Shown piece after piece: positions 35,031 to 52,980 of a DNA stretch of 64,000 nucleotides. Origin of the DNA: the human T2T-CHM13v2.0 reference genome, Homo sapiens; assembly GCF_009914755.1 (NCBI RefSeq), contig NC_060925.1, one strand, 5' to 3'. The stretch's first letter is position 1. The number at the start of each line of letters is the position of its first letter. The notes below the pieces were generated by a model. It ran no database searches, had not been told where the DNA came from, and worked only from the letters and a program-made list of their open reading frames with translations. Both the position numbers and the translations under genes were made by a program.

Positions 35031-35392
35031 AGTATTTTTTAAAATTACGATTATGTGATTAGATGTTTTGAAGGAACCCTGAAGTTGAGAAACAAAGGAT
35101 TCTGGCAATGTTTCAAACCTACGCAAACTCTATGGACTATTATTAATTCTTATTCTTAACAATGGAAAATATGAATGCTGGATTCAAAGAAAATAATACT
35201 TTGAAGAGATTTTTTCATTAAAACTCTGAAGACTTCTCAGATATCAAATGGTTATTTAGTGAGTAGAGTGTGAATGAATCAGAACATACATATTGAATTC
35301 ATGTTGGAGCCCATAGAACATATGCTTTGCACTCACCTGCTGTCCTAGGACTGAAAAAACAGTGTGATGTTCTGCTAAACCCTAAATGACCT

Positions 35393-35803
35393 TGTATTGG
35401 TCCGTTTGCATTGCTATAAAGGAATACCTGAGGCTGGGTAATTTATAAAGAAAAGAGGTTTATTTGGCTCACAGTTCTGCAGGCTGTAAAAGCATGGCAG
35501 CAGCATCTGCTTGGCTTCTGGGGAGGCCTCAGGAAGCTTACAATCATGGCAGAAGGTAAAGGGAGGGACAGTGTATCACATGGCAAGAGAGAGAGAGAGG
35601 ATGAGGCACCAGGCTCCTCTAAACAACTGGCTCTCATGTGAGCTAACAGAGTGGGAACTCACTCATTACCATGGGGAGGGCACCAAGCCATTCACTAGGG
35701 ATCCACCCCCATGATCCAACATCTCCCACTGGGCCCCACCTCCAACACTGGAGGTCACATTTCAACATGAGATCTGGAGGGAACAAACATCCAGACCCCA
35801 TCA
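35393..35803 (-). mobile_element. MSTB-like (MaLR) solo LTR
   Basis: tgtattggtccgtttgcattgctataaaggaatacctgag...ccatca; perfect 5-bp TSD gacct. Confidence 0.92.
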
Positions 35804-36924
35804 GACCTTGAACTTAGCAAACAGACCAAGTGATGAAGAACCACAGGTCACTTTTCAGGACATTCAGCGATTTACAACTCACTCTGATTTGTGATCTTTT
35901 TTTGTTTGTTTGTTTTCATTGATTTGGTTTAGAAACCTGAAGGGGAAAATAGAACTATCCCCTTTGTTCACCCACCCACCTGCCAAGGTGTGAAAACAGA
36001 TGGAAATGTCACCTCTGTGAAGACACCCTCTGATAAGACATGAGACCTCACAGGTGCATAAAAAATTCAGAGTTAGCTTTTAGGTCAAAGCACAGATAAA
36101 GCTGTTAGTAAGAGAGCAAAAAGAGAGGCGTGAAGGAGGTTTCTAATGTTAATGGTGACCAACTGTCCAGGCTTCCCTTGTGGAGATGAGGAAACGGCCT
36201 CTCAGAGAAATGGTCATTCTTCGCAGGGGTGGTAGCGAACGAACAGAGTGGGGGCACGAGGCAGTTTCCCATTTCACAGTCCAGTAGACGCTGGCAACAA
36301 GGATGTTTAAAAAGACAAGGAAATCTACTTGCAAGGGCAGCACACTAGTTTTAAAGGGTGGCTAGTGCATTAGTGTTTGTGAGGTACTTTCACACATTGA
36401 ACACTCACACACATTGGACACATGCACTGGCCTTTCACACACATCGGATAGTCACTCATACCAGAGGAGGAGTCGGACTGGGAGAAGTTAAGTGATTTGT
36501 CCAAGGGAGAAAAACTGCTCAGAGGTGTGTGACTTCAGATACTCTCCTCTTCTCACTCTACACACAGACATGTCAGAGGCAACATCATTGTGTTTCTTTT
36601 TTAAAAGAAGAAAGAAATGCATATTTGTTGTTCTGGTACCATCATCTCCATTTGCTGAATATCTTTGGGGGGAAAAGTCTCCTTTCGAATTCATGAACCG
36701 ATCTCCAGATTTTCGTGTGTGTGGAGGTGACTGACTCTCTGCCTAGGAGAGGGTCTGTTGCGTCACTTCGTTGGCCTTTCCTTCCCAGTCTCCCGCTCGC
36801 CTCCCTGCGTGGGCCCTCATTGCCTCACCCCTAAACATCACAGTGGGTCTTTGACGGCCCCTGCAGCCACAACACTCCTGATGAAATGCTGCGCAAACGC
36901 AGAAAGCTCCAGACCTAAATTTGA

Positions 36925-37320
<396 letters not shown>

Positions 37321-37338
37321 TAATTGTTCCTCCCTCTC

Positions 37339-37555
37339 AGGGTAGTTCAATCTTTTGGCTTCCCTGGGCCACACTGGAAGGAGAATTGTCAGGGGCCCCA
37401 CATAAAATACACTAACACTAACGATAGCTGATGAGGTAAAATAAATAAATAAATAAAAATTAATCGCAAAAAATCTCATGTTTTAAGAAAGTTTAGGAAC
37501 TCATGTTGGGTTGCATCCAAAGCCATTGCAGGCACCACGGGTCGGACAAGCTTGC
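37339..37555. mobile_element. MER30 (hAT-Charlie MITE)
   Basis: caatcttttggcttccctgggccacactggaag...acactaacactaacgatagctgatgag...ggacaagcttg. Confidence 0.9.
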
Positions 37556-37796
37556 TCTAGATTGACTCAAAGTATAATTTATCTCATTTTTTCAAAGGGA
37601 AAATCCTCTTTCTCAAAATTGTAGACCTCTTAAGTTTGCTGGGTAGACCATCAAAAACATTAAGCTCTGTTCCTAAAAAATGGCAGGTTTGGGGCTCTGT
37701 CCAAGGTTGACTTTGCAGTATTGACCACCAATTGGTGCTTTTTACCCTCATGGAGAAATTGATCTTTCTTTGACCCTTCATTATGTTGACCAGAAC

Positions 37797-38560
<764 letters not shown>

Positions 38561-38701
38561 ACCAGCTGCAAACCAAGCAACGGGAGCATATTGAGATCAC
38601 TGTTTTTAAGACTATTGCAAAATCTTGTTTATAATACCAACCGCTGAATCAAGGTGTGGAAAAATGACTTTGAAGGACCAGATGAGTGTTAGGCAATGTA
38701 A

Positions 38702-39079
<378 letters not shown>

Positions 39080-39161
39080 TAGATTGCATAGACACACCCC
39101 GTTCCATAATTAACAGCAGGTATAGTTTCATTATCAAAAAGCAGCAAAAGAAAATAGTGCT

Positions 39162-39443
39162 GGCTGGGCATGGTGGCTCACACATGTAATCCCAGCACTT
39201 TGGGAGGCCTAGGCAGGTGGATCACGAGGTCAGGAGTTCAAGACCAGCCTGGCCAAGATGGTGAAACCCCGTCTCTACTAAAAATACAAAAAATTAGCCG
39301 GGCGTGGTGGCACGCGCCTGTAATCCTAGCTACTCTGGAGGCTGAGGCAGAGAATTGCTTAAACCTGGAGGGGCGGAGGTTGCAGTGAGCCGAGATCACG
39401 CCACTGCACTCCAGCCTGGGCGACACAGTGAGACTCCATCTCC

Positions 39444-39470
<27 letters not shown>
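39162..39470 (+). mobile_element. AluSg-like
   Basis: ggatcacgaggtcaggagttc; TSD aaaagaaaatagtg. Confidence 0.95.
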
Positions 39471-39474
<4 letters not shown>

Positions 39475-40039
39475 TAGTGTTGGCATTTATCCATTTTCAA
39501 AAAGAAAAGTTTAACCTCAACAACCAAAGACGTTACACAAAAATTACTGTTTAGGGCAGGCAGCCACCAACATTATCAAACATGTTCATGACATAACTTT
39601 AATCCCTCCAATGGTTTTTTGTGTCTATTTCATCCTACAAGACACACAGGGAATGAATTGTTCTGGTAGTCCAGGGGAAGGGAAGTGCTTTGCCTGAGCG
39701 GTAGGTTTAGGGGGTTTGGAAGGTGAAATGACAGGGTTGCCCAGCCCTCACTTCTTTCTGTCTCTCTCGTTCTCTCCCCACCCCCTTGGGAGCATGTTTC
39801 CACCAGGGACCACACGTTCTCAGTTCATTCTTGTCCTACTTCTTACAGAAGCCTGTGCTGCCGAGGCATTGCCGATGACAAGGTAGGAAAGGTTAATTCT
39901 GGGGCTCAGACCCAGGAAACTCACTTGCCCACAGACACAAGCCACATTTCCCAACATCAGATGTACTTTGTTCCCATCTGCCTTACCACGTTGTCTTATT
40001 TCTCCGTGGACTCAGAATCCAATAGGGTAGGGGCCATTA

Positions 40040-40482
<443 letters not shown>

Positions 40483-41369
40483 CTATGGCTGAAGTAGAAA
40501 GCTGTCAACACTTACCCACTTTCATTTTAAAAGTGTTACTTTTAATGTTCTACTATGTGGAAATTTGGCATCTCAACGGAGCCCTGGCTTGTTGGCCCAG
40601 CTCCAAAACTGAATCCTAAAGATAATCCTGGCTTTTCCTCAGACAGCTCCCCCACCCTGACAGCCAACCTCCAGGCAGGATGGGGAGGCCTTTGATCTAG
40701 ACAGGGATCCTGTCCAGGCCCTTTTAAGTTTCATAACTGAACATTAACCCTCCCACATGCTCACCTGGGTTTCAAAGCAAATGCCTCTGCCCATAAGGGA
40801 GTAATTCCCAAGTTCCAGACCCTTGTTAGAGAAGATAATTTTGAACTGTTTACTCTCCCACTTCTTTGAAAAGCCCAGTTGAGATCATCTTTTTTAGGGC
40901 AGAAACTTTAATATTTGCTATAGAAATGTTTATAGACGATTGTGCAGAAAAAACAGACAAATGAATATTCCTGCTGCATTTGCTATGAAATGGTCATCCA
41001 GGACACAGTGCAGAGCATCTTCCAGAAACTTCTATCTGATCATCTATGTGAGGAATAGCTCAGATCTTTGTACTAGGGAAACTTTATCTCCCCTGAGAAA
41101 TGAAATGCTTCTTCCTCTCAGTCGGTCATTTAAGCACCACTTTTCCCTCTTTATGTTGGTTTTAAGGAGGCTACAGCCAAGCCCCAGCCCTCAAGCTCAG
41201 TCACAGAAGCTCTATCGACCCTATGGGTTGGGATGTCTGCCTTTCTCCTCTTCATCTTTCTTTCTCCTCATTTTCCCTCTCTTTTATTGATTTTGATATA
41301 TGTATTCCCTTTTAAGGCCATTTTAAAGTTCTTTTGGGAAGAGGTGAGATATAACTAGAATTAAATGAT

Positions 41370-41580
41370 TCCATGATTGCTTGAAGCCAGGGGCGGGGAG
41401 TGTGGGAGGAAAGACAACTGCAAAAGGGCACAGGGGAGGTTTTGGTGTTAACAGAATTTCTATATCTTGATTATAGCAGTGGTTACCTGGGTGCATGCAT
41501 TTGTCAAAATTTATTGAACCGAACAGCTAAAATGGTGCATTTCATTGTAGGTATTATAAATTACACCTCAATAAAGCTGA
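41370..41580 (+). mobile_element. Old L1 (MC/ME) 3' end
   Basis: ctatatcttgattatagcagtggttac...aaattacacctcaataaagctga. Confidence 0.75.
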
Positions 41581-42230
41581 TTTATTCATCCAACTAATAT
41601 TATGTTTCTATATTCTGCCAGGCACCTTGTGTGGTGTTGGGCAGGGAAAGGGTACACAGTTGTATAGGTTCTTCACTGAACAAGGGTACCTGGTCAAGGG
41701 GCAAGGAGGGGCTGAAATCCAGGCAATGTCTGCTCACCAAACCAATGTCCAGCAAGGGGCTGGGTATTCTCAGAGGAAGAAGCAGACTTTTCTATTTCAG
41801 AAAAGACATTCTGTGGGTTCCCAAAGTCTGATTCTGAAGATGTAGTGAAAAAGAATATAGACAATTCCCTGCTTTTGTGGAACTTGTAGTCTGGAGGTGG
41901 AGGGTAGTAATGAGCCAGCAAACATAGAAGATAGTTGTATATTGTAATAAGCACCATAGAGAAATAAATAGGATGAGGTCATGGGGAGCGTCAGGCTGGG
42001 GGAGATGCTCACTCTAGATAAGGCTTCTAAAAAGCTGACATTTCAGCTATGGCTCCAGTGATGAAAAGCAACCAACTTTGCAAAGTGCAAAGAGGATAGC
42101 AGCCCAGACAGGGGAAACAGCGAGAGCCTTAGCTCCTGCCTTAGCAGGAGAACTTGGTCTATACAAGGGTCAGAGAGAAGACTGCTGTTGCATGTAATGA
42201 GTGAACCAGGGGCAGGCATGGGATCGGTAG
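41580..42230 (-). mobile_element. L2 fragment(s)
   Basis: tttattcatccaactaatatt...tgccaggcac; ccctgcttttgtggaacttgtagtct; gctgacatttcagct. Confidence 0.65.
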
Positions 42231-42550
42231 TGCAATTAATTCTTAAAAGTTAGACATAGACCTTGAGAAATGGCTCTGAAAACTAACTGCGCTACAAAAC
42301 ATCTTACTCCTCATAGATTTTAGAGTTACAAGAGACCCTAGAGATAAGATAGTCCTTCAGTCTTCTCCTATAACAAATGCAAAAGAGAAGGCCCAGCTCA
42401 CTCTCATAGCTAATGACACAGATAGGATTAGTACTCAGGCTTTGCTTCAATTCAATTAAACTAATAGTTACTGATTGCCTACCATGTGTCAGGTAACTAC
42501 TTACTCCCTGTCAGAGATTTTAAAGTGTGGTAGGGTTGAATAACAAGGAT

Positions 42551-42900
<350 letters not shown>

Positions 42901-43012
42901 CAAGGATGACTGAATTGATGACATTCTGTTGTTGGAGACATTTTAACATGGGGAACAGCTGCCTTTAGCAAGCTGTAGGGGGTTAATCAGATGAGTATTT
43001 CACAAGTTTTAA

Positions 43013-43311
<299 letters not shown>

Positions 43312-44844
43312 TAATTTTTGCTTTAAGAAATACTTTCATTCCTGAAATTGAGATTTTTTTTAAATAATTCATGTTTTAAGTCAGAAAATTCTGAAGATGT
43401 AGAGATGAAAGAACTCTGTTAAGGGAATGACGGGTGGAGAAGTACCAAGGGCACCATCAGTGATGAAGGTGCTAGTCATCAACTGTGGAAAACCCAGCAT
43501 CCTCTTTGAAATCCAAGTAAAGCAAGAGTGGGACAGAGGCCTTGCAAGGAAAAACTCAGCTACTACAGCCCAAGCCATGCCAGTGTCTATGACCAGAATA
43601 TGATGTCATCCACCACACTTCCTTCACCTGTCCAGGCTCACTGCCTGTAAATGGCAGGTGAAAATGGAAACCTATTCTGAAGCCATGCCCTTGTCATTGT
43701 TAAATGATATGCTGACTAGCAAAACCAAAATTTCTTGGAATTATATTTTCCCTCTCTAATCTTCCTTTGCAGTTAAAGAAGCTATAGCCATGCAATTAAG
43801 CACTAGCCCACAGAAACACACCACTAAACCACTTTCGGCTTTATCTCATCAAGTTACAATAGTAATGGAAATGAAACCTGCTATATTCAACACAAACTTG
43901 AGTACACTGCACAAGTGGATAAAAGCTAATGAAGAAAGCAAAGCTAATATGTCAAGTCACATTTTTTCTTGAATGTGAAGGGTTTGGTTTTTTGTTTTTC
44001 TTTTAAAGAAAGTGACTTTCTTACTTTCAGCTCACAGATATTTCCTTAACTGACCTCTAATTCACAGATGCAACCCCCTGGCAGTCAGGCCTATGCTAAA
44101 ACGGCTTCATCCCCTGACCTCAGTGAGTGATCTCACAGTAATCCCTTCCAGGGATTAGTCTGGGCCAAACTCCCATCTCAGTGTGGGCCAAATTCCTAAC
44201 TGGAGATGCAGTGAATTCTTCTGAAATTTGCTGCCCAGCATCTCCTCCTCTTCTGAAACTGCCCCCCGCCTCCCCATCAAGTCACAGTGCAGTTTCTGGG
44301 AAGACCTGCTTCTTAGGACTGACCTCTCAGGCCGTGTTTGATTGGTCCGGAGGGACTGGGCCTCAGAAACTGACCAGACCTTAAGGCCTGTGGGCAGCAC
44401 CCAGTGCTGCCTCTCTTCTCTCAGCTTTTCTTTTTCCCTCTGCAGACTGGCTCTTTCTGTTGCTCAGTCCATGTGGCAGAAGATGGCAGTGCAGAAATTT
44501 GTCTCTCCAAAGTTAGAACTCTTGTTTGCAAGCAACAAGGTGTCACAGAAACCAACAGCAGGATTGCAGATGGGCCTCAGGCACAAGAAGAGCCAGGGAC
44601 TTGAATGAGAATGTGGGCAAGAGTCTCATATGGTCACTTTTCCCTATCTCTTTTTACTTATCTTATCAGTCATCTCTCACTGCAGATTGGTTCTCTTTCC
44701 AACCCCCAAACTAAATAATGGCCACGGCCAATAGTTCCTAACATCTCCTGGAGATACAACTCTCCAGTTCAAGAGAGCACCTATACTGGATTGGAATCTT
44801 AGTCCAATTCTAAATTCCTGGGGAACCCTTTGGTTGTGTCTGTA

Positions 44845-45048
44845 CAGGATGTTGTTGGCTTTTTAGGCACAGCAAGTCATGCTCTGCAGAACTGTCCCAT
44901 CCCTGGCAGGACATTTCACGTAGTGGCCCCTGTCCATTAAATGCCCTTAGCATTCCACCTTACTGATTGTGACAACCAGAAAAGAAATAAAATCTTCTGC
45001 CAAATACCCCATTGGGGGACAGCATCATGCTAATGTCAGAAACACTTC
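44845..45048. mobile_element. MER20-like hAT-Charlie relic
   Basis: ttgtgacaaccagaaa...tgccaaataccccattggggg. Confidence 0.5.
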
Positions 45049-45807
45049 ATTAGGTATTTCAAACTGTTTGATTTGGTGTCTTATTCCCAGTTAATTCTAA
45101 TATTGGTCATAAGTGGCTAAATCCTGAGAGGAAGTTCCCTCAGAATGCATCTTAGAGGATAGAGAGGTGTATGGAAACCCAATGACATTTTCATTTCTTT
45201 ATGATTCTGAGTCACCAATGTATGTTTCTAAAAAGCAAACTGTGTTTGGGTTTTCTTTTTTTTAAAAGTCACATCTTGCTCCTGCTAAATAGCTGATTTA
45301 TTTTTCTTGCACAATGGCATGATGATGAAATCAAGAATATGGTAAATGTTTGGGCTTTTTTCATCATATAATGTAATTAGTAGTCAAAATGGCAAATATT
45401 TACTTGTGAGCTGGTATTCTCCTTTGGACTCATACAACCAAACACCAATGCAAGTCAAGTGTCCCTCTTCCTGTATCCCAGGGACAATGGAGGGAAAGGA
45501 CAATCACAGAGAGAGTTTGTCAGCTAAGGCAGTTTTTTTTTTCCTTCATAGAAATCAAGGTTTGGTCATGGCCAACTCTGCTGGCCCCTTCTCCCATTAT
45601 CTGACCTTGAGGTGGGGTCCTCCCTTAGCTTAAGCACCACAGCGTGAGCATGGTTAGACTCAGCACACACAGGCCTAAAGAGAATTAAGATGATGAACAC
45701 GATGGCTTTAAGGCAGATTTTCAGAGATTGTTATTATAACCCCAGAAAATATGACCCAGAGCAATTGCTCTGGTACCCCTTAAGACTTCTGGGATTCCTT
45801 GGCTCTA

Positions 45808-46210
<403 letters not shown>

Positions 46211-46484
46211 TTACAACTTGCATGGTATTTCTATTAGATAGTTCTGTTATAGTATTTTAATCCATTTTTAAAACTAATTATTTTAATCAACAAATGAAAA
46301 CTATAAATATACACATGATATAATGTACAACACATTTTGAAATATGTCAATTTTGAATTAATGTGATAAATTAATAAATCATCTCTGAAATAATGGTATT
46401 AGCCCCAGGGTCATATAGTGAAAAGAGAACTGACTTGGGTAGCAAGAGATATGGATTCTAGAATTTTTTAAAAAAAGAATCCAG

Positions 46485-46803
46485 GGCTGGGCACAGAGGC
46501 TTACACTTGTAATCCTAGCACTTTGGTAGGCTAAGACGGGCCGATTGCCTGAGCTCAGGAGTTGGAGACCAGCCTGAGCAACATGGTGAAGCCCTGTCTC
46601 TACTAAAATACAAAAACTTAAGTGAGCATGGGTGGCATGCGCCTGTAGTCCCAGCTACTTAGGAGGCTGAGGCATGAGAATTACTTGAACCCAGGAGGCA
46701 GAGGTTGCAGTGAACCAAGATCACACAACTGCACTCCAGCCTAGGAAACAGAGCGAGACTGTGTCCAAAAAATAAAATAGAATAAAATAAAATAAAATAA
46801 AAT
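46485..46803 (+). mobile_element. AluS with (AAAAT)n tail
   Basis: Full dimer. Confidence 0.95.
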
Positions 46804-46804
46804 A

Positions 46805-47335
46805 GAACCCAGGAGCCCATACTAATACAAATGAATGAATGAATGAATGAATGAATAGGGGCAAACGGAAAACTTACTTACAGTAGGATTCTAGCAACCT
46901 CATGTGCCTCCTGATATCATGCCCTGAGAAGGACACTGCACCATGGCTGTACTGTGCTGTGTCTGTGCTAAAGTCGCAGAACTTGAATTTAACCACAAGA
47001 AAACTCCAACAAACCCAAATCTAGGGCCGTTCTTCAAAATAACTGACCTATACTCTTTAAAAGTGTCAAGGTCCTAAAAGACAAAGAAAGACAAAGGAGT
47101 TATTCCAGATGAAAGGAAACTGAAGAGACATGACAATTACATCTGTTTGAATCTGAATTGGATCTTGGGACAGATAAAGGACATTAGTGGGATAATTGAC
47201 AAAATTTGAATAAGGTCTGTAGATTAGTTAACAGTATTGTTTTAATGTTAATTTCCTGATATTATACCTGTACTATGGTTATGAAAGAGAGTGTTCTTGC
47301 TTTTAGGAAATACACACTGAAGTATTTACGGATGA
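46805..47335 (+). mobile_element. L1MC-like 3' UTR with a (TGAA)n microsatellite
   Basis: aataactgacctatactctttaaaagtgtcaagg...aaaatttgaataaggtctgtagattag...ttttaggaaatacacactgaagtattt. Confidence 0.8.
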
Positions 47336-47431
47336 GGGAAATTGAAATTCTAGTTCCAACTTTATTAGCTGGGGCATCTAGGACAAGTTATTTAAACTCT
47401 CTGGGCCTCAGTTTTTTCATTTGCACTGGCT

Positions 47432-47600
47432 CAGTGGTCTTCAAAGCGTGGTACTTCTAAAACAGCGTCATCTGGGAAGTTGTTAGAAATGCAAATGTAC
47501 ATGCCCCACCCCAGACCTGAATCAGATACTGGGAATAGAGCCCATGTTTTAGCAGGCCCTTCAAAAGATCCTGATGCATGCTCATATTTGAGAACCACTG
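47432..47600. mobile_element. MER5A inside a MIR
   Basis: TIRs cagtggtcttcaaa...tttgagaaccactg; ttgttagaaatgcaaat. Confidence 0.88.
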
Positions 47601-48522
47601 CCCTAGTTGATTACTAAGGTCCTCTTTAGCCTTAATGTTCTGCGGTTCTCATTTGTCTCTCCTGCTGAGGACAACCCATTCCCAAAAAGGATATCCCTCC
47701 CCCAAGTCATTCATCATTTATTTGGTGCTGATGAAGGGCTGGCCAGGAAGTTGGGAGTGCTGGAACTTTGGAGAAACAGTTCTCCTGGGCATTCAGACTC
47801 AACCTCTGCTTGCAATAGGTACAGATTAAACGTAGAACATTTAATAACCCTACTTAGCTCAGGAAACATTGAAGAAACCAAGTGATGCATAATTACGTTC
47901 CACGCAGTGGCTTGTCTGCCTCGGCTTCTTACTAAAATGCTTGAGCCAGTTGCTTCTAGGAGGAATAAGGCTGTGAATCACTCTGGCATGTTTCTATTAC
48001 TAGCTATAGAAAGGTTTACCTCAGACTTCTCTGCAGGATAAATGTTTCCTGGATTACTCAGGTGGCGAGAATCTCTCCTAGTGCCTTCTAAGTCATTCTA
48101 CAAACTCAGTCACTCTTGTCTGTTAAGAGTCTAAGCTGTGGCCCAACAGAGTATTAAGCTTGCTTCTGATTGGCTGATTAAAAACAAAAACAAACAAAAT
48201 CTCTCCCATCTTGGTGACTGGATTGCCCCTGTGTCCTGCTTCCTAGAGGTTCCCACTCACACCTACTCCCTTATCTTCAACACCACCTGACTCCCAAATC
48301 TACTTTTTTAGTCCTGACCATTCCTTAACTTTAATTTCTGATTTTTTTTTTTTACATTTTTATTTATTAAACAATACACCCATATGATTCAAAACTCGAG
48401 AAATGCAAAAGGCTATTTAGTATAAATCTGTAGGCATTATGTCCTTCCTTTCCCTGACTGTAACCCCTCCGCCATCATCCTCCAACTTCAATTTCTAATT
48501 TGTTACCATCCTGGAGATCTAC

Positions 48523-48852
<330 letters not shown>

Positions 48853-49926
48853 AGGATTCCCTCTTAGAACTGATGTCCCTTGAAAGTCACCGTGTCCTAG
48901 AATGAACCCATTATCTTCCCTATTACCCTGAACCTACCATCTTTAAGCCTCTTTGTTTTCACCAGTAAAATGGGCTAATAATAGGACTTTCTTCATAGGG
49001 TGTTTTGTATGTTCCCCATAGAGGCAAGACTTGTAAGCTTTCACACTGCTGGAAACATAGTAAGCACTCAGTAAAAATTCACTATTGATAATGCAGTAAT
49101 GATACCAAGAAATTCTCCCAAAATTGAATATCTATGTATGGCTTTCCCCTCTACTTCCCCTCCCCACCCACAGTCCCCCAGTCTTCCAAACTGCCAAGCT
49201 CTGGGGTTTATTTTTTTTCCTCTTTCCTTTCTCTATTCCAGATGTTTGGCCTCATCTATCTTTATATTGTCCCCTTCTTGATGGGACTTGGATGGGGCAA
49301 GAGGAATTAGGAGGAAATTCCCTGGGAAGCTGCCCTTTTCTTGCGAGGGCTCTTGGGCTAAGCTGCTGAGGAGACTTCTCAGCTCAAGGGTTACATGCCT
49401 TTGCCCCACGCCCCTCCCATCATGGACTCTCCCAGTCTCTCTTCTGGGATGTTGCTGGTAATTAGTAGTTCATTCCTGACATTGCTATTTCCCCCTGGGC
49501 CAAATGACCAAGATAGATATATTTAAAAATACAGGGTTTCCTGGCTCTCTTTAGCATGTTTAATCTTCCCACCATAGCTTACATTTCCCTCTCTTCCCTT
49601 GGACTTCACAAACAAATGCACAATTAGCATTTTCACAGTAAAATAAATAAATACACACGAGAACAAATCCTTCCATCTGTCAAGTGTTGTAGTCCTTAAA
49701 TATAAAGGACTGCTATCTTGACATAGGGGAGGAAAGGAGGGACAATGAATGACTGCCTCACTGACAGCAGTCAGAATTTGAAGGAAAACAAAGGTACCAA
49801 TGCTGCCATTTCTGCATTCCAATCTGTATTTTCTTAACCGTCTTCTCTCCCAAGCCACCCTTAGCCAGTGGGTATTCCACACCAAGGACTGCATTAGACC
49901 TAGTTGTATGAGCCATTAAAGTTTTC

Positions 49927-50216
<290 letters not shown>

Positions 50217-50255
50217 GTTTTCATAGTGTGGCCCTTGAGTTAAGAATATCTTTCA

Positions 50256-50635
<380 letters not shown>

Positions 50636-51149
50636 CTAACTGCTCTCTACTAAGCCATATTTGAGCCTGGTAGAGCGACGTCTCAACAGAAACTGCAGTC
50701 TATCAGAACATGGTAATCTTGCCAAATGAAGTGGTTAAAAGAGAAATACCTTCTTAACCAAAGCTAAAACATCTGCAACCTGGTTGTAACATTTCATATT
50801 TGATTTCAAGGAACATTAGATTTATTATGTCATGTACTTCCATTTTGTGACAGATGCTTCCTCTGCAGGAATATATTGGGTTCAAACATTTCTACCTCCA
50901 GGAATCGTTTCTTCACCCTGGCTTCCCTTCACTGGTCAGTTATTTTCCCTGGGTTCGCATAACCAATAAACAGTATTGTTCTGCTTTGGGTCCTGTGTTT
51001 TTAGGGGGCCTCCCTCTGACCCTCTTTTTGACTGTTCCCTCCTTACAGGACAAATAGTGCCCTCCCAGAGCCCATGCCTTCCCTTTTGGACCATATTCTA
51101 GGTACCCAACACCCCAGAATACTCTCCTTAAACAGCCCAGAGCCCTCTT

Positions 51150-51491
51150 CCATAGGTCCATCCTAAAAGTGGACCATGCAGCTGGTGAACACACCCCGGG
51201 GGGACTGAAGAGGGACCAGGTAAAAACCATTTGCTGCCAGAGAGCTTGGATCTGCGGTCCCAGGAGTCCACATGCACCTGACTCTGTGGAACAGGATGGA
51301 GCTGGAGATGGGGAAGCCCCAAGGAGCTGAGCTAGGGGTATATCTGATTATCTGACAAGGTAGGAGGAGAGGACATATTTCATTGATAGTTTGTTAGCTT
51401 GGTTTATAACTTTTAAATACTTAGACATATAGTCCATGGGCTTCTCTTTATACTCTTGCCCTGGGCCCTGCAAATGTTAAATGTGGGACTG
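51150..51491. mobile_element. MER45-like hAT-Tip100 relic
   Basis: gtttgttagcttggtttataacttttaaatacttagacata...tactcttgccctgggccctgcaaatgtt. Confidence 0.65.
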
Positions 51492-51666
51492 CTCATAATA
51501 CCCTGGGAATAGCTCTAGGTTTGCAGTGCTAGCATTGTATTTAATATAATCATCTGTTTTCATGACTGGCAGTTGCCACATACTCCCCCCAACCACAGGG
51601 CCCTTGCACACACTTTTCCCTTACCTGGAATGCTCTTCCCCGCTGATCCCTCTAGCCTAGGAAACA

Positions 51667-51950
<284 letters not shown>

Positions 51951-52259
51951 AAACTTTTAATGTATCGATCAGATCTCAGTTCAAATACCATTTGCTCTAA
52001 AAGTCTTTCCAGACTTCCTAGATTAGATCAGGCCCTCTGGTTTTCACTCTCACATCTGCCTCTGATAAACACTGAGGAGAAAATACAGTAGTCACATAAT
52101 ACCAGTGTTAATGATAATGAAAAGGCAGTCATCAATACTAAAGGTCAGACATTATGATAGATGGTTTACTTACATTACCTCATTTATTCTCCATAAGAAG
52201 CCTAATAAACTACTGTTATATCCCCATTTTACAGATGAAGAAGCTGAGCCTTGAGAAGT

Positions 52260-52980
52260 GTGATAGACTATTATGCTGATAGTCCCCAAATGAATCAGGG
52301 CTCGCAGAATTCACATCCTCCTGCAGCCCCCTCCTACATTGATTCCTGGGTTACCCAGGTGATTTGCTTTGGCCAATGGCACATCAGCAAACATGACTTA
52401 AGCGGTGGCTTGATAAATTCTTCCTTTTGGAAGCTAGACACCATTTAAGAATCCTGGACCAGGGCCAGGCACGGTGGCTCACGCCTGTAATCCCAGCACT
52501 TTGGGAGGCCGAGGTGGGCAGATCACTTAAGGACAGGAGTTCAAGACCAGCCTGGCCAACATGGTGAAACCCCCATCTCTACTTAAATTACAAAAAATTA
52601 GCCAGGCCTGGTGGTGGGCACCTATAATCCCAGCTACTCAGGAGGCTGAGGCAGGAGAATTGCTTGAACCCAGGAGGTGGAGGTTGCAGTGAGCCGAGGT
52701 CTCACTACTGCACTCCAGCCTGGGCAAAAGAGAGAGACTCTGTCACACACACAAAAAAAAAAAAAAAACCAGACCAAACTGATGACTGAAAAGAAGCACA
52801 TGGTGAGAGAAGCCCAGCTGGCTCAACATCTCAGCCCCCTCCCCTTTTCCTGAGTGTGCAGCCACTTAGAAAAGGACAGTAGAAGAACTATAGTCAGCAA
52901 CTATAGAACTATTGTTGTAAGTCACTAAGTTTTAGGATAGTAATAATGTAGCATATGTATACTATGAAATAGACACAGTC
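52260..52980 (+). mobile_element. MLT1 LTR relic interrupted by an Alu, nested in an antisense MIR
   Basis: gatttgctttggccaatgg...ttgttgtaagtcactaagttttagg...atagataactgataca. Confidence 0.6.
52463..52768 (+). mobile_element. AluS
   Basis: Full dimer. Confidence 0.95.
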
